From Gammaproteobacteria bacterium (GTDB taxonomy: Bacteria; Pseudomonadota; Gammaproteobacteria; DATFLL01): 64,000 nucleotides of DNA. Numbering within the stretch: the stretch's first letter is position 1; each line of letters opens with the position of its first letter. A program made the translations under genes and the position numbers. The stretch spans positions 12,817 through 76,816 of the forward strand of contig DATFLL010000042.1 of assembly GCA_035267785.1 (NCBI GenBank). Reading direction: 5' to 3'. This document shows positions 19,461-29,987 of this stretch, one piece after another. Below the pieces are notes generated by a model. That model searched no databases. It had not been told where the DNA came from and was given only the letters and a program-made list of their open reading frames with translations.

Positions 19461-22400
19461 TCAGGCCGCGTTTCGCGCTTCGCGGCTCGAGCGCCGGCGC
19501 AACCGGTCGCTGAGGTGCTCCATCGCGACATAAAAGGCCGGTGTCACGAAAAGAGTCAGCGTCTGGGAGAACAGCAGCCCGCCCACCGTCGCGATACCCA
19601 GCGCCTGGCGCGAATGCGCCCCGGCGCCGATGCCCAGCGCGATCGGCAGCGTGCCGAGAATGGCGGCGAAGGTGGTCATCATGATCGGACGATAACGCAC
19701 GCGGCAGGCCTCGATGATCGCCTCGGCTGCCGTGGCATCGTGGCTGCGCCGGTACTGCAGCGCAAAGTCGACCATGATGATGCCGTTCTTCTTGACCAGA
19801 CCGACCAGGAGTATCAGGCCCGCGAAGCTGAAGATGTTCAGCTCCTGACCGAACAGCAGCAGCGCCACGATCGCCCCGAATCCGGCGAGCGGCAGGGCGG
19901 TGAGGATGGTCAGCGGGTGGACGAAGTGCTCGTATAGGACGCCGAGCACCATATAGATCACGAGGATGGTGAAGGCCAGCAGCAACGGTAGGTCGTGCAT
20001 GGAGGACTGGAAGGTCCGTGCCGTGCCGGCGAACGTGCCAGTGACGTCCGCCGGCAGGACCGAGGCGGCCACCTCCTCGATCTTCGCAGTCACCTCACCC
20101 AGCGATGCCCCGGGGGGCAGGTTGAACGAGAGCGTGACCGACGGCAGCTGCGCATAGTGGTTGATGGACAACGGTCCGACGCTCTGGCCGATTCGTGCCA
20201 CGGCTGACAGCGGCACGAGACGCCCGTTGCTGCCGGGCACGTACAGTGCGTTGAGCGCGTTGACGTCCTGCTGGTAACGCGGGGCGAGCTGCAGAATCAC
20301 CGGGTAACTGTCGGTCGCACCGTAAATGGTACTGACCTGGCGCCCGCCGTAGGCGTCGTACAGCGCCTGCTCGATAGCGTTGGCCGACACGCCCAGCGCC
20401 GCCGCTCGTTCGCGGCGAATGCGTACGTTGACCTGCGGGTTGCTCAGCTCGGCATCGAGGCTGACGTCCTGGATGTCCGACACGTTGCGCAGGCGCGCGA
20501 GCATCTCGTTGCCCGTCGCGAACAGTCGGTCGACATCAGAGCTTTGCAGCACGTACTGATACGAGCTCGTGCTCGCATGTCCGCCGATGCGTATCGCCGG
20601 CGGGTTGCGAAAGAATACCCGCATGCCATAGATCGGCCGCACTGCCTGGCGCAGCTGCTGGATGACCTCTTCGGCGCTGTCGCTGCGCTCACTGGCGGGT
20701 TTGAGATGGATGATCAGACGGCCGATGTTGCTGCCGCGCGTGCCGCCAAATCCCTGCCCCGCGCTCGACATAACGCCTGCCACGTTGGGATTGTCGCGCA
20801 CGATTTTTGCCGCCTGCGCCTGCAGATCGCGCAGCTCGGCAAACGTGATCCCTTCCGGCGCGCGCGTGTTGCCAATAATCAGGCCCGTGTCCTCGTTGGG
20901 AATGAAGCCCTTGGGCACCACGAAAAACAACCACACGCTCAAAGCGAACAGGCCCGCGGCCACCCACAACGTGGTGCGAAAGTGGGTCACGCTCCAGCGC
21001 AGTCCGGCGGTGTACCACGCCAGACTGCGCGAGAAGGCATGCTCGAACCAGTCGTAGAGCCGGCCGTGGTGCGGCGTGGTACCGAGGTAGCGGCTGGCGA
21101 GCATGGGAGTCAGCGTCAGCGAGACGACCGCCGAAAGCAGCACCGCTATGCCGAGGACGGCGGCGAACTCGGCGAACAGGCGGCCGATGATGCCGCCCAT
21201 GAACAGAATCGGAATGAATACCGCAACCAGCGAAAGCGTCATCGACACGACGGTAAAGCCGATCTCGCGGGTGCCGAGCAGCGCGGCCTTCATGCGATCG
21301 TATCCCTTCTCCAAATATCGCACGATGTTCTCCTGGACCACGATTGCATCGTCGACGACGAAGCCCACCGACAGCGTCAAGGCCATCAATGACAGCGTGT
21401 CCAGGCTGTAGCCCAGGAGGTACATCACCGCCATGGTGCCGATGAGGGCTGTGGGCAGGGACAGGGCGCTGATTGCCGTGGCGCGCAGGTTGCGCAGGAA
21501 CATCAGTATCACGCCCACCACCAGCACCATCGCCAACAGCAGGGTGAAGGTCACGTCGTTGATGCTTTCGTGGATGAACTCGGCGCGGTTGTGAATGATA
21601 TTGATGCGGGCATCGCCCGGCAGCTGGGCCTCGATCTGGGGCAGCAGCGCCTTGACGCGGCGCACGACCTCGACCGTATTGGCCCCGGCCTGGCGCTTGA
21701 CCGCGAGGATGATCGCCGGGCGTCCGTTAAAGGTCGTGAGCTGCTTTTCGTTTTCGACCGAATCCTCGGCCCGGCCGATATCGCTAAGACGCACCGGCGC
21801 ACCGTTGGCATAGGCCACGACCAGCCGGTTGTACTGCCTGGCGCTGTCGAGCTGCCCGTCGGCCGCCACGGTGTAGGAGCGCGTGCTGCCGTCGAGCGTA
21901 CCGGCCGGGGTATTGGAGTTGCCCTGCTGCACGGCATCGATGACCTGCGCAACCGACAGGTTGCGCGCCTGCAGCGCGTAGGGGTTGAGCCGAATGCGCA
22001 CCGCGTATTTGTGCGAGCCGAAGACCAGAACCTGGGCCACGCCGGGCAGGGTCGATATGCGATCGGCCACCCGAGTCTCGGCATACTGGTCGAGCTTGGT
22101 CAGCGGCAGGGTCTTGGCGCTGAAGGCCATATAGATCACGGCCGAGTCCGCCGGATTGACCTTACGCAGCGTCGGCAGCGAGGTCATCTCCGGCGGCAAG
22201 CGGCGGCTGGCCTGCGAGATCGCCGACTGCACGTCCTGCGAGGCCGAGTCGATGTTGCGCGACAAATCGAACTGCAACGTGATGCGTGTCTGCCCCAGCG
22301 AGCTGGTGGACACCATCGAGTCGATACCGGCAATCGAGGAGAATTCGCGCTCCAGCGGCGTGGCCACGGAGCTGGCCATGGTGCGCGCGCTGGCCCCCGG

Positions 22401-22553
22401 CATCTCCGCGCTGACGACGATGGTGGGAAAATCGACCTGCGGCAGCTCGCTGATCGGCAGCTCGCGGTAGGCGACCAGACCGAACACCACCAGGGCCGCC
22501 ATCAGGATGGTGGTCATGACCGGACGGTGGATGAACGGCGCGGCGACGTTCAC
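19461..22553 (-). CDS. RND multidrug efflux permease (HAE1/AcrB family)
   Basis: 1030 aa with 12 TM helices and two large periplasmic loops. Starts MNVAAPFIHRPVMTTILMAALVVFGLVAY. Confidence 0.9.
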   Translation of the reverse strand: MNVAAPFIHRPVMTTILMAALVVFGLVAYRELPISELPQVDFPTIVVSAEMPGASARTMASSVATPLEREFSSIAGIDSMVSTSSLGQTRITLQFDLSRNIDSASQDVQSAISQASRRLPPEMTSLPTLRKVNPADSAVIYMAFSAKTLPLTKLDQYAETRVADRISTLPGVAQVLVFGSHKYAVRIRLNPYALQARNLSVAQVIDAVQQGNSNTPAGTLDGSTRSYTVAADGQLDSARQYNRLVVAYANGAPVRLSDIGRAEDSVENEKQLTTFNGRPAIILAVKRQAGANTVEVVRRVKALLPQIEAQLPGDARINIIHNRAEFIHESINDVTFTLLLAMVLVVGVILMFLRNLRATAISALSLPTALIGTMAVMYLLGYSLDTLSLMALTLSVGFVVDDAIVVQENIVRYLEKGYDRMKAALLGTREIGFTVVSMTLSLVAVFIPILFMGGIIGRLFAEFAAVLGIAVLLSAVVSLTLTPMLASRYLGTTPHHGRLYDWFEHAFSRSLAWYTAGLRWSVTHFRTTLWVAAGLFALSVWLFFVVPKGFIPNEDTGLIIGNTRAPEGITFAELRDLQAQAAKIVRDNPNVAGVMSSAGQGFGGTRGSNIGRLIIHLKPASERSDSAEEVIQQLRQAVRPIYGMRVFFRNPPAIRIGGHASTSSYQYVLQSSDVDRLFATGNEMLARLRNVSDIQDVSLDAELSNPQVNVRIRRERAAALGVSANAIEQALYDAYGGRQVSTIYGATDSYPVILQLAPRYQQDVNALNALYVPGSNGRLVPLSAVARIGQSVGPLSINHYAQLPSVTLSFNLPPGASLGEVTAKIEEVAASVLPADVTGTFAGTARTFQSSMHDLPLLLAFTILVIYMVLGVLYEHFVHPLTILTALPLAGFGAIVALLLFGQELNIFSFAGLILLVGLVKKNGIIMVDFALQYRRSHDATAAEAIIEACRVRYRPIMMTTFAAILGTLPIALGIGAGAHSRQALGIATVGGLLFSQTLTLFVTPAFYVAMEHLSDRLRRRSSREARNAA

Positions 22554-23755
22554 GGCCGGGAGGCTCGATCGGTACCGTCCCGGTCGCGGCGGGCACCGGC
22601 GGGCGGGATCGGCTTGACCGCGCGCCCGTCACGCAGGTTGCGCGGAAGCTTGGCGACGATGGCCTCGCCCGGCTTGACGCCGGCGGCGATCACCGACCAG
22701 CCGTCGATCTGGCGCGCCACGCTGACCGGTGTGGCGTGCGCCCGCCCGTCGCGCACCACGTAGACGAGACCGCCCTGCTGCGCGGGTTGCACCGCACTGT
22801 CAGGCACCACCACGGCGTGGGGCTGCACGGCGAGCTCCATCTGCAGGTTGACGTACTGTCCGGGCCACAAAAAGCGGCTCTTGTTCGGAAACTGCGCCTT
22901 GAGCATGACCGTGCCGGTGAGCGGGTCGACGGTGTTGTCCACGAAGACCAACCGGCCGATCTCCCCGGCCGGATCGGCGGCGGGCGCCGGTGGGTTCGCC
23001 TTGGAAGCGTTTGCGGCGGAGGCCGGGATGACGATTCGTACGCTGCCCGCCGCCTGGTAACGGCGCAACTCACCGAGGCGCTCCTGGGAGATGCTGAAGC
23101 GCACGAGGATGGGGGCGATTTGATTGATGGTCACCAGCGGCGTCGAGCTGTTGGCCTCGACCAGGTTGCCGCCCTTGAAGGCGATGGCGCCGGTGCGCCC
23201 GGCAATGGGCGAGCGTATCTCGGTGTAGCGCAGCTGGATTTTGGCCTGCATCACGGCGGCTTCGTCGACCGCCACGGCGGCGGCCGCGACCTTGGCAGCG
23301 GCCCGCGCGTCTTCCAGGTCCTGCGGGGTAACGTAATTGCGCTTGGCCAGACGCTCGGTACGCCGGCGCTGCCAGCGCGCCTTCGCCAGCGTCGCCTGGT
23401 CCCGGGTCAGGGCCGCCTTGGCCTGAGCCAGCGCCGCCTCGAACGGGGCCGGATCGATCTGGAACAGCAGCTGACCCGCCTTGACCTCGTCGCCCTCGGC
23501 AAAGGCCACCTTGTTCAACACGCCGGTGATCTGGGGGCGCACCTGAACGATGTGCCGGGATTCGACCTGGCCAACCGCCTCGAGGCGAATGGGCACGGCC
23601 CGCTCGGCAACGTGCGTGATTTCGACACTGAGAGGCGAGCCGCCCGGCTTGCGGGCGTGGCCCGCCGGGACGCTGTCCGGCATACGGCCGAAAGCGAACC
23701 AGGCGCCGGCCAGTACGGCGCACAGCACAACGCCCAACAATAGACGTTTCATCAT
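22550..23755 (-). CDS. RND efflux periplasmic adaptor (membrane fusion protein, AcrA-like)
   Basis: Signal/anchor MMKRLLLGVVLCAVLAG, coiled-coil hairpin and beta-barrel domains. Overlaps the RND permease start by 4 nt. Confidence 0.85.
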   Translation of the reverse strand: MMKRLLLGVVLCAVLAGAWFAFGRMPDSVPAGHARKPGGSPLSVEITHVAERAVPIRLEAVGQVESRHIVQVRPQITGVLNKVAFAEGDEVKAGQLLFQIDPAPFEAALAQAKAALTRDQATLAKARWQRRRTERLAKRNYVTPQDLEDARAAAKVAAAAVAVDEAAVMQAKIQLRYTEIRSPIAGRTGAIAFKGGNLVEANSSTPLVTINQIAPILVRFSISQERLGELRRYQAAGSVRIVIPASAANASKANPPAPAADPAGEIGRLVFVDNTVDPLTGTVMLKAQFPNKSRFLWPGQYVNLQMELAVQPHAVVVPDSAVQPAQQGGLVYVVRDGRAHATPVSVARQIDGWSVIAAGVKPGEAIVAKLPRNLRDGRAVKPIPPAGARRDRDGTDRASRP

Positions 23756-23911
23756 TCAGTAAGGCTCCGAACGGGCGAAGCGCCGGGAGTGGCCGCCCGC
23801 GCTGCGATCAGGCATGGTAGGCCGGCGGCGCAGAGGCTGGCAACCAATTGACTGTAACACTATGTAACGTGCGGACCGGCCCCAGGCGAGGCGCGGCAGT
23901 GCGGCGGGTCG

Positions 23912-24280
23912 CTAGATCAGCCGCTCCTGTTCCAGCTGACGCAGATAGCGGGAAAAGGGCATCTCGACCACCTCCCCGCGGGCGGCCCGCTCGAGCAGGC
24001 GGACGAAGACATGGGCCTCGTCCTCCGGGTCGTCCGGCACGAGCAGTATCTCGCCCGAGCGCAGCCGCAGGCGGATGCCGTTGACCAGGGCGTCGGTCTC
24101 GGCCTGCGAAACGATGTACAGCGGACATTCCTCGAACATTCCGATGTCCGCAATGTTCAGGAAGTACTCGCGGGCGCCGAGACCGTGCTCGGCACGACAG
24201 CGGGCGGGGTTGCCGCGGCCGAAATCCTCCTCGCCGGCAGGCTCGATCTCGGTCAGCGGATATATCTTGATGAATGGCAT
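23912..24280 (-). CDS. hypothetical protein (122 aa)
   Basis: ORF with coding-like periodicity between the efflux operon and the GNAT gene. No recognisable motif. Confidence 0.35.
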   Translation of the reverse strand: MPFIKIYPLTEIEPAGEEDFGRGNPARCRAEHGLGAREYFLNIADIGMFEECPLYIVSQAETDALVNGIRLRLRSGEILLVPDDPEDEAHVFVRLLERAARGEVVEMPFSRYLRQLEQERLI

Positions 24281-24343
24281 CGGTTCGGCGCTCCGCTCTC
24301 GGCGCAGTTGTACCGGCGCGGCCAGTCTAACACGGCGCCGGTG

Positions 24344-24832
24344 CTAGCAATGCGCCAACCCCATCCAGTACCGGTGAGGATAATCCCGCTCGGGATCCTC
24401 GACCGACAGTTTGCGAAAACCGCGCGCGGCAAAGAACCCTTCGGCCCCGCGCTGGGCCTTGACCAGAACTCCGTCCACCGCGCGTTCGCGGGCCGCCGCC
24501 TGCGCCGCGGCCAGCAGCTTCGTACCAATCCCCTGGTGATGTGCGGCCGGGTCGACGTAGATGCCATGGAGCAGCAAGCCGCTGCACCCGCCGGGCGTGT
24601 CTGCGGGATCGGCCGGCTCCCAGGCGGCCACGCCCAGGATGTCGCCAGCACCGCGCACGGCGGCCGCGACGTCCAAGTGCTCCAGATCCAAAGGCGTATA
24701 GCTGTAGGTGGATAGGGACAGCCGCTTGACGCGCTCGGGCAGATCCCAGCTCATGACGGCGCGCTCGATCACCGCGTTGACCGCCGGCAGGTCATCGGCC
24801 TCGACGAAACGCAGAGTGACGGTTTGGCTCAT
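24344..24832 (-). CDS. GNAT family N-acetyltransferase
   Basis: Acetyl-CoA-binding motif A region (HHQGIGTKLLAAA). Confidence 0.7.
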   Translation of the reverse strand: MSQTVTLRFVEADDLPAVNAVIERAVMSWDLPERVKRLSLSTYSYTPLDLEHLDVAAAVRGAGDILGVAAWEPADPADTPGGCSGLLLHGIYVDPAAHHQGIGTKLLAAAQAAARERAVDGVLVKAQRGAEGFFAARGFRKLSVEDPERDYPHRYWMGLAHC

Positions 24833-25005
24833 AGACGACAACGCACGGATGGACGACGTACACGCTGAACAGCGAACAGCGCCGAGGGATTCAAGGCGAC
24901 GGGACCGATTTTGCCACGTCTTCAAGGTTTGGTATATCAGCCCCCCGTAAATGAATGAGGGCGCCGGCCCCTCCTCGGAGCCGGCGCCCGGTCACTGTAA
25001 CGCTT

Positions 25006-26040
25006 TCAGCGCCGCAGGCGCGCCGGCGGCGTCTTCGGCTGAACCCCCAGGTTCGACGGCGCATTCGGGGTGGCACTGCAGTGCACGCTGAAGTTCACCT
25101 GCTTGGAGTTGATCTTGTTCGGCGACAACACGGTCAGGCGCGCCCAGCCGTTGGTCGTGGTCGAGTTGATAGTGATCTTCTCGTAGAAGGTCTTCGCACC
25201 TGCATGGGTAAAGATCAGAGTCTTCGACGGCGGCGTACCGGCACCGATATGCGGGATGCGGTATTTGACGCTCCCCGCACCGCTGGCGACGATGGAGCCG
25301 CTGATGGTGACGGTGGCGGGACACTTGCTGGTCTGCTGCGGCGGCGTGGCAAGTATGGATACATGCGTCACCTGGGTCGGCGCCTTCATCTGATTCGGAC
25401 CCTTCGGACCGGGTGTCTGGCCCGGCATCAGGACGCCGCCGATCCCGCCAGCCGAGCCGCTCTTGCAGACGACCTTCAGAGTCGTATTGAACTTATCCGA
25501 ACCGTAGGTGCCGCCGCTGTGGCCCGGCCGGCCGCACAGCGCCACGCCCGTGAGCGTCACGCTCCGGTTGATCGTGTGCTTGCTGGCGAGGATCTGCTGC
25601 TTGTTGGCGCCCTGGGACAGGCGGGTATTCATGTAACTGCGGCACATGGCCACAGGGTCGGCGTGCAGCTTGTTCGTGGGGACGTGCAGCACGACATCCT
25701 GATAGGGCAGGTCCTTGAGGCCACGGGTAGGAACACTGACGCGATAGTTGTCGCTGTACTCCAGAACCGTGCCGCCGACGTTCTCGCTGCCGAAGGCGAC
25801 GAAGCCCTCCTTCAATCGGTTCGCCCCGTTGCACCCCGCCTTCATCTGCACGTGGTAGGGAACGCTCGAGGTGGTGGTCTTGGCGTACTGGCCGTTGATC
25901 GGTTGAACGTAGACCGTTCCATCATGAATATTGATGCCTGCCTTCCTGACATCGACGTAGTTGACCGGTCCCGCGGCAGCAACCCCGCTCATAATCAAAA
26001 GCCCCCCCGCAAGCCACCCCCGACAATAAAGGCTGTTCAT
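25006..26040 (-). CDS. secreted hypothetical protein (344 aa)
   Basis: Signal peptide, Gly/Thr/Ser-rich. Somewhat lower GC than its neighbours. Confidence 0.5.
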   Translation of the reverse strand: MNSLYCRGWLAGGLLIMSGVAAAGPVNYVDVRKAGINIHDGTVYVQPINGQYAKTTTSSVPYHVQMKAGCNGANRLKEGFVAFGSENVGGTVLEYSDNYRVSVPTRGLKDLPYQDVVLHVPTNKLHADPVAMCRSYMNTRLSQGANKQQILASKHTINRSVTLTGVALCGRPGHSGGTYGSDKFNTTLKVVCKSGSAGGIGGVLMPGQTPGPKGPNQMKAPTQVTHVSILATPPQQTSKCPATVTISGSIVASGAGSVKYRIPHIGAGTPPSKTLIFTHAGAKTFYEKITINSTTTNGWARLTVLSPNKINSKQVNFSVHCSATPNAPSNLGVQPKTPPARLRR

Positions 26041-26177
26041 AGCGCTCTCCCCGCACCGTAATCGTTATCGCCCACAATGGGCATAACCCTAAGTCGATTA
26101 CCGCGGTGGGAAGGTTCAAGGGCGCAACCAACAAAGACACACCGACACGGGGCCGCAGGCGACTCCCGGGCCGGGCA

Positions 26178-26639
26178 CTATGCCTGCGTGAGGACGTATT
26201 TGAGGATAGCCACGACCTGCTCGGGGCTCTGACAGACCGCCTGCGCGGCGCCGTCGACCTCCTTGAGGGCGTGTGTCAGCTCGGGATCGTGCAGCGTAAT
26301 AATAGGAGTACCGATGGCCGCGGCGTAGCCGGCGTCGAAGGCGGCATTCCACTGGCGGTACTTGTCGCCGAAGCGCACCACGACGACATCGGCCTTTTCG
26401 AGCAGCGTTCGGGTGCGGATGGCGTTGATTTTGGCGCCCTTGTGGTCGCGCCAGAACGGGTCGTCCTCGGCCCCCAGGATATCGACGCCGACGTCGTCGC
26501 TGGCGCCGTGGTCGGTCACGGGCGCGACGAAGGATACGTTCAGGCCTTCGGCGCGTGCGCCCTCTTCAATGCGCTGGCGCCAATCGGTATGGATCTCTCC
26601 AGAGAGATAGACCAGCCAGGTCTCGTTTGCGTTTGTCAT
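26178..26639 (-). CDS. YtoQ-family protein (nucleoside 2-deoxyribosyltransferase-like fold)
   Basis: WLVYLSGEIHTDWR...VVVVRFGDKYRQWNAAFDAGYAAAIG pattern typical of YtoQ. Confidence 0.55.
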   Translation of the reverse strand: MTNANETWLVYLSGEIHTDWRQRIEEGARAEGLNVSFVAPVTDHGASDDVGVDILGAEDDPFWRDHKGAKINAIRTRTLLEKADVVVVRFGDKYRQWNAAFDAGYAAAIGTPIITLHDPELTHALKEVDGAAQAVCQSPEQVVAILKYVLTQA

Positions 26640-26744
26640 GGGGCCATTATCGCGCCCCCCGGACCCGCCTGTGAAGGACCCGCGCGGCGTCAGTCCGCGG
26701 CGCTCCGCCGCCAATCTGCGCGGCCCGCTCGGAGCGCCTGCCCA

Positions 26745-26768
26745 GCCCTGCCCTGCCCTGCCCTGCCC
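26745..26768. repeat. pentanucleotide microsatellite (GCCCT/CCCTG) x4-5 in intergenic region
   Basis: cagCCCTGCCCTGCCCTGCCCTGCCCgac, read directly from the sequence. Confidence 0.6.
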
Positions 26769-26941
26769 GACGGACGCGCCATATCCTTACTGATTGTTTT
26801 TATTGCATTAAATTAATTTTCTTCACATTTTCTTGACGCCTTCTCCGTTTCGGGGCTATTCTCTGTCCGTACGTTGTCTAGGACATCTATATTACCACTA
26901 GTCGGATGTCCACGATTGGGCCCCTGGAGGCGTGCTTCACC

Positions 26942-28015
26942 ATGAACACAGTCAGTCAACTCGCTTTCGATCTCACCGAACAGGGCATCGTCCCCGACCT
27001 GGTCGTTCGCCGCGGTATCCGCCATCTGCTGAATCAGCGGCTGAGGGAAATCCACGCCGACGATACCGAGGCCGTCGCGGCCGACTTCAACGCGCTGGTC
27101 ATGCGGATGGACAATTCGCCGATCGCGCTCGTACCGGAAAAGGCCAACGAGCAGCACTACGAGGTCCCCAGCGACTTCTTCCGACACACCCTCGGGCCGC
27201 ACCTCAAGTACAGCTGCGGCTATTGGCCGCAGTCGGTCACAAGACTGGATGAGGCCGAGTCGGCCGCACTGGCCGAGACCTGCAGGCACGCCCAGCTGGT
27301 CGACGGCCAGCGGGTGCTGGAACTGGGCTGCGGCTGGGGATCGCTCAGTCTGTGGATGGCCGCGCAGTATCCCGCCAGCACCATCACCGCCGTCTCCAAC
27401 TCACAGTCCCAACGGGCGTTTATCGAACGCCAGGCCCGTGAACGCGGCCTGACCAATCTGTCCGTCGTGACCTGCGACATGAACGACTTCCACGCGCAGG
27501 AGGCGCATTTCGATCGCGTGGTCTGCGTCGAGATGTTCGAGCACATGCGCAACTGGCGGGCGCTGTACGGGCGCATCGCCCGCTGGCTGAAACCGGGCGG
27601 TCGATTCTTCAAGCACATCTTCGTCCACCGCCACGCACCGTACCTGTTCGAAGACAACGGCCCGGGCGACTGGATGAGTCGGCATTTCTTCTCCGGCGGA
27701 ATGATGCCCAGCGACGACCTCCCGTTGACCTTCCAGCACGATCTGCGATTTGTCAGGCGCTGGCGCTGGGACGGTACCCATTACGAAAAGACCGCCAACG
27801 CCTGGCTCCAGCGCATGGACGAGAGGCGCTATGAGCTGTGGCCCGTGGTCCAGAAGACCTATGGCGATGCCAATGCCGCGACCTGGTGGAACCGGTGGCG
27901 ACTGTTCTTCATGGCCTGCGCCGAACTGTTCGGATACGACAAGGGGCAGCAGTGGTGGGTCGCCCACTATCTGTTCGAAAAACCCGCCGAAGGGGGCCGG
28001 GCGGTCGCGCCATGA
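26942..28015 (+). CDS. cfa: cyclopropane-fatty-acyl-phospholipid synthase family SAM-dependent methyltransferase (paralog 1)
   Basis: SAM motif LELGCGWGSL plus CFA-synthase N- and C-terminal regions. An alternative upstream start at 26906 is possible. Confidence 0.85.
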   Translation: MNTVSQLAFDLTEQGIVPDLVVRRGIRHLLNQRLREIHADDTEAVAADFNALVMRMDNSPIALVPEKANEQHYEVPSDFFRHTLGPHLKYSCGYWPQSVTRLDEAESAALAETCRHAQLVDGQRVLELGCGWGSLSLWMAAQYPASTITAVSNSQSQRAFIERQARERGLTNLSVVTCDMNDFHAQEAHFDRVVCVEMFEHMRNWRALYGRIARWLKPGGRFFKHIFVHRHAPYLFEDNGPGDWMSRHFFSGGMMPSDDLPLTFQHDLRFVRRWRWDGTHYEKTANAWLQRMDERRYELWPVVQKTYGDANAATWWNRWRLFFMACAELFGYDKGQQWWVAHYLFEKPAEGGRAVAP

Positions 28016-28545
28016 AGACGACATTGATCAACTTCGCGCTGTTTCAGCTCGGCTGGTTCGGCTGCGTACTCACCGGGGCCGCGGGCGAGCCCTGGATTGG
28101 GGCACTGCTCGCCGTGGCCATCGTCGCCTGGCACCTGCGGTGGGCGCCGCGCCCGGCGCTCGAACTGAAGCTGATCGGTGTGGCGGTGGGCATCGGCGCC
28201 CTGTGGGACACCCTGCTCGTCTATCAAGGCTGGCTGGCGTATCCCTCCGGCATGCTGCTGCCGTTCACGGCGCCCTACTGGATCGTCATCATGTGGGCGC
28301 TGTTCGCGACGACGCTCAATGTGTCACTGCGCTGGCTGAAGGGCCGCGCCCTCTATGCGACCGTGTTCGGCGCCATTGGCGGGCCCCTCGCCTATTTCGC
28401 CGGCCAGCGACTGGGGGCGGTGGAGTTCCTCGACCCGCGCGCCGCCCTGCTCGCCCTGTTGATCGGCTGGGCCGTGTTCACGCCCCTGCTGATCGCCGTC
28501 TCGCAGCGCTATGACGGCTTTACCCCGGCGAGGTCAAGACCATGA
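28012..28545 (+). CDS. small membrane protein of the cfa-cluster (DUF2878-like)
   Basis: 177 aa, 4-5 TM helices. Start overlaps the cfa stop. Belongs to the conserved cfa stress locus. Confidence 0.55.
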   Translation: MKTTLINFALFQLGWFGCVLTGAAGEPWIGALLAVAIVAWHLRWAPRPALELKLIGVAVGIGALWDTLLVYQGWLAYPSGMLLPFTAPYWIVIMWALFATTLNVSLRWLKGRALYATVFGAIGGPLAYFAGQRLGAVEFLDPRAALLALLIGWAVFTPLLIAVSQRYDGFTPARSRP

Positions 28546-29345
28546 GTATCGGTCTCTACCTGCAGGGCCTCGGCGTCATGGCCGGGCTCGCCGTCCTGAC
28601 CTGGCTGCTGAGCGTGTTCAAACGCGATGTCAGCATCGTCGACAGCATCTGGTCGCTCATGATCCTGGCGGGCGGCGGCGTGTACCTGCTCGGGGCCCCC
28701 GCAATCGACGCCCGCACCACGGTGATCGTGGTCCTGCTGACCCTCTGGGCCCTTCGCCTGTCCGCCCATCTGACCTGGCGCAATTGGGGCGAGCCTGAGG
28801 ACCGCCGTTACCGCGCCATCCGCACCAAGTATTCACCGCATTTCGCCGTGAAGAGCCTGGGCATCGTGTTCCTGCTTCAGGCCGCATTGGCGTGGATCAT
28901 CTCCCTGCCCTTGTGGCCCGGCCTGTCGGCCGGCGCCGCGTGGCACCCGCTCGATTGGCTGGCCGTACTGCTCGTGTCCGCCGGCATCGCATTCGAGGCG
29001 CTCGCCGACTGGCAGTTGGCCCGCTTCAAATCCGACCCGGCCAATGCCGGCCAGGTCATGGACCGCGGGCTCTGGCGTTACAGCCGGCACCCCAACTACT
29101 TCGGCGAGGCGACGATCTGGTGGGGCTTTTACCTCTTTGCCCTCGGCGCCGGTGCCTGGTGGACGCTGCCCGCGCCCCTGCTCATGACCTGGCTGCTGTT
29201 GAAGTTCTCGGGTGTGGTCATGCTCGAAGAGACGATCGTGGAGCGCAGACCCGCCTACCGGGCCTACATCGACGCGACCAACGCGTTTATCCCGGGGCCG
29301 CCGAAACGGCCGCGGGCCGGCGCGCAGCGGGGAGCCTCGTCATGA
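28542..29345 (+). CDS. DUF1295 family membrane protein (steroid 5-alpha-reductase/ICMT-like fold)
   Basis: Motifs GLWRYSRHPNYFGE and WWG. Start overlaps the upstream stop. Confidence 0.75.
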   Translation: MSIGLYLQGLGVMAGLAVLTWLLSVFKRDVSIVDSIWSLMILAGGGVYLLGAPAIDARTTVIVVLLTLWALRLSAHLTWRNWGEPEDRRYRAIRTKYSPHFAVKSLGIVFLLQAALAWIISLPLWPGLSAGAAWHPLDWLAVLLVSAGIAFEALADWQLARFKSDPANAGQVMDRGLWRYSRHPNYFGEATIWWGFYLFALGAGAWWTLPAPLLMTWLLLKFSGVVMLEETIVERRPAYRAYIDATNAFIPGPPKRPRAGAQRGASS

Positions 29346-29977
29346 GATGGTCGGTCGCATTGCTGGTGCTGTGCCTGGGCGCCGGTCCGGGCGTTCTCCA
29401 GGCGAGCCAGGCACGCCATTACGACTTCAAGGTCTTTCTCGACGGCCGGGAAATCGGCTACCACCGCTTTAGCGTCGTCCCGAACGCCTCGCGCACCTAT
29501 GTCACCAGCAAGGCGCACTTCGACGTGAAGATCTGGTTCGTGACCGTGTACCAGTACCGGCACACCAGCAACGAGGTCTGGGAGTCCGGCTGCCTGCGCG
29601 CTATCGACGCCAGCACCGACGACAACGGGACACAGCTGAGCGTTCGCGGCCAGCGACGCGACGACCGTCTGTCCCTGCAGACCGCGTCGGGCCCGCAGCG
29701 CGTGCAAGGCTGCGTGCGCACCTTCGCCTATTGGGACGTCGCGCTTCTGGACCGACCCCGCCTTCTGAACGCACAGACGGGCGAGATGGTTCCGGTCGAG
29801 GTGAAGCGATTGAACGACGCACCGATTGAGATACGAGGCGAGTCTGTCCTGGCCCAGCGCTACCGCATCGACAACGAGGAGTTCCGTATCGACTTGTGGT
29901 ACTCCCAAGACCGTCGATGGCTCGCGTTGGAGTCCACCACCGAGGGCGGTGCACGCCTCCGTTACCTGGTCCAATGA
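29342..29977 (+). CDS. secreted protein of the cfa-cluster (DUF3833-like)
   Basis: Signal peptide MRWSVALLVLCLGAGPGVLQA. Overlaps the upstream stop. Confidence 0.5.
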   Translation: MRWSVALLVLCLGAGPGVLQASQARHYDFKVFLDGREIGYHRFSVVPNASRTYVTSKAHFDVKIWFVTVYQYRHTSNEVWESGCLRAIDASTDDNGTQLSVRGQRRDDRLSLQTASGPQRVQGCVRTFAYWDVALLDRPRLLNAQTGEMVPVEVKRLNDAPIEIRGESVLAQRYRIDNEEFRIDLWYSQDRRWLALESTTEGGARLRYLVQ

Positions 29978-29987
29978 GGGATACGCG

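Noticed and set aside
21570-22763. 397-aa + strand ORF
   Set aside because: Antisense to the RND permease.
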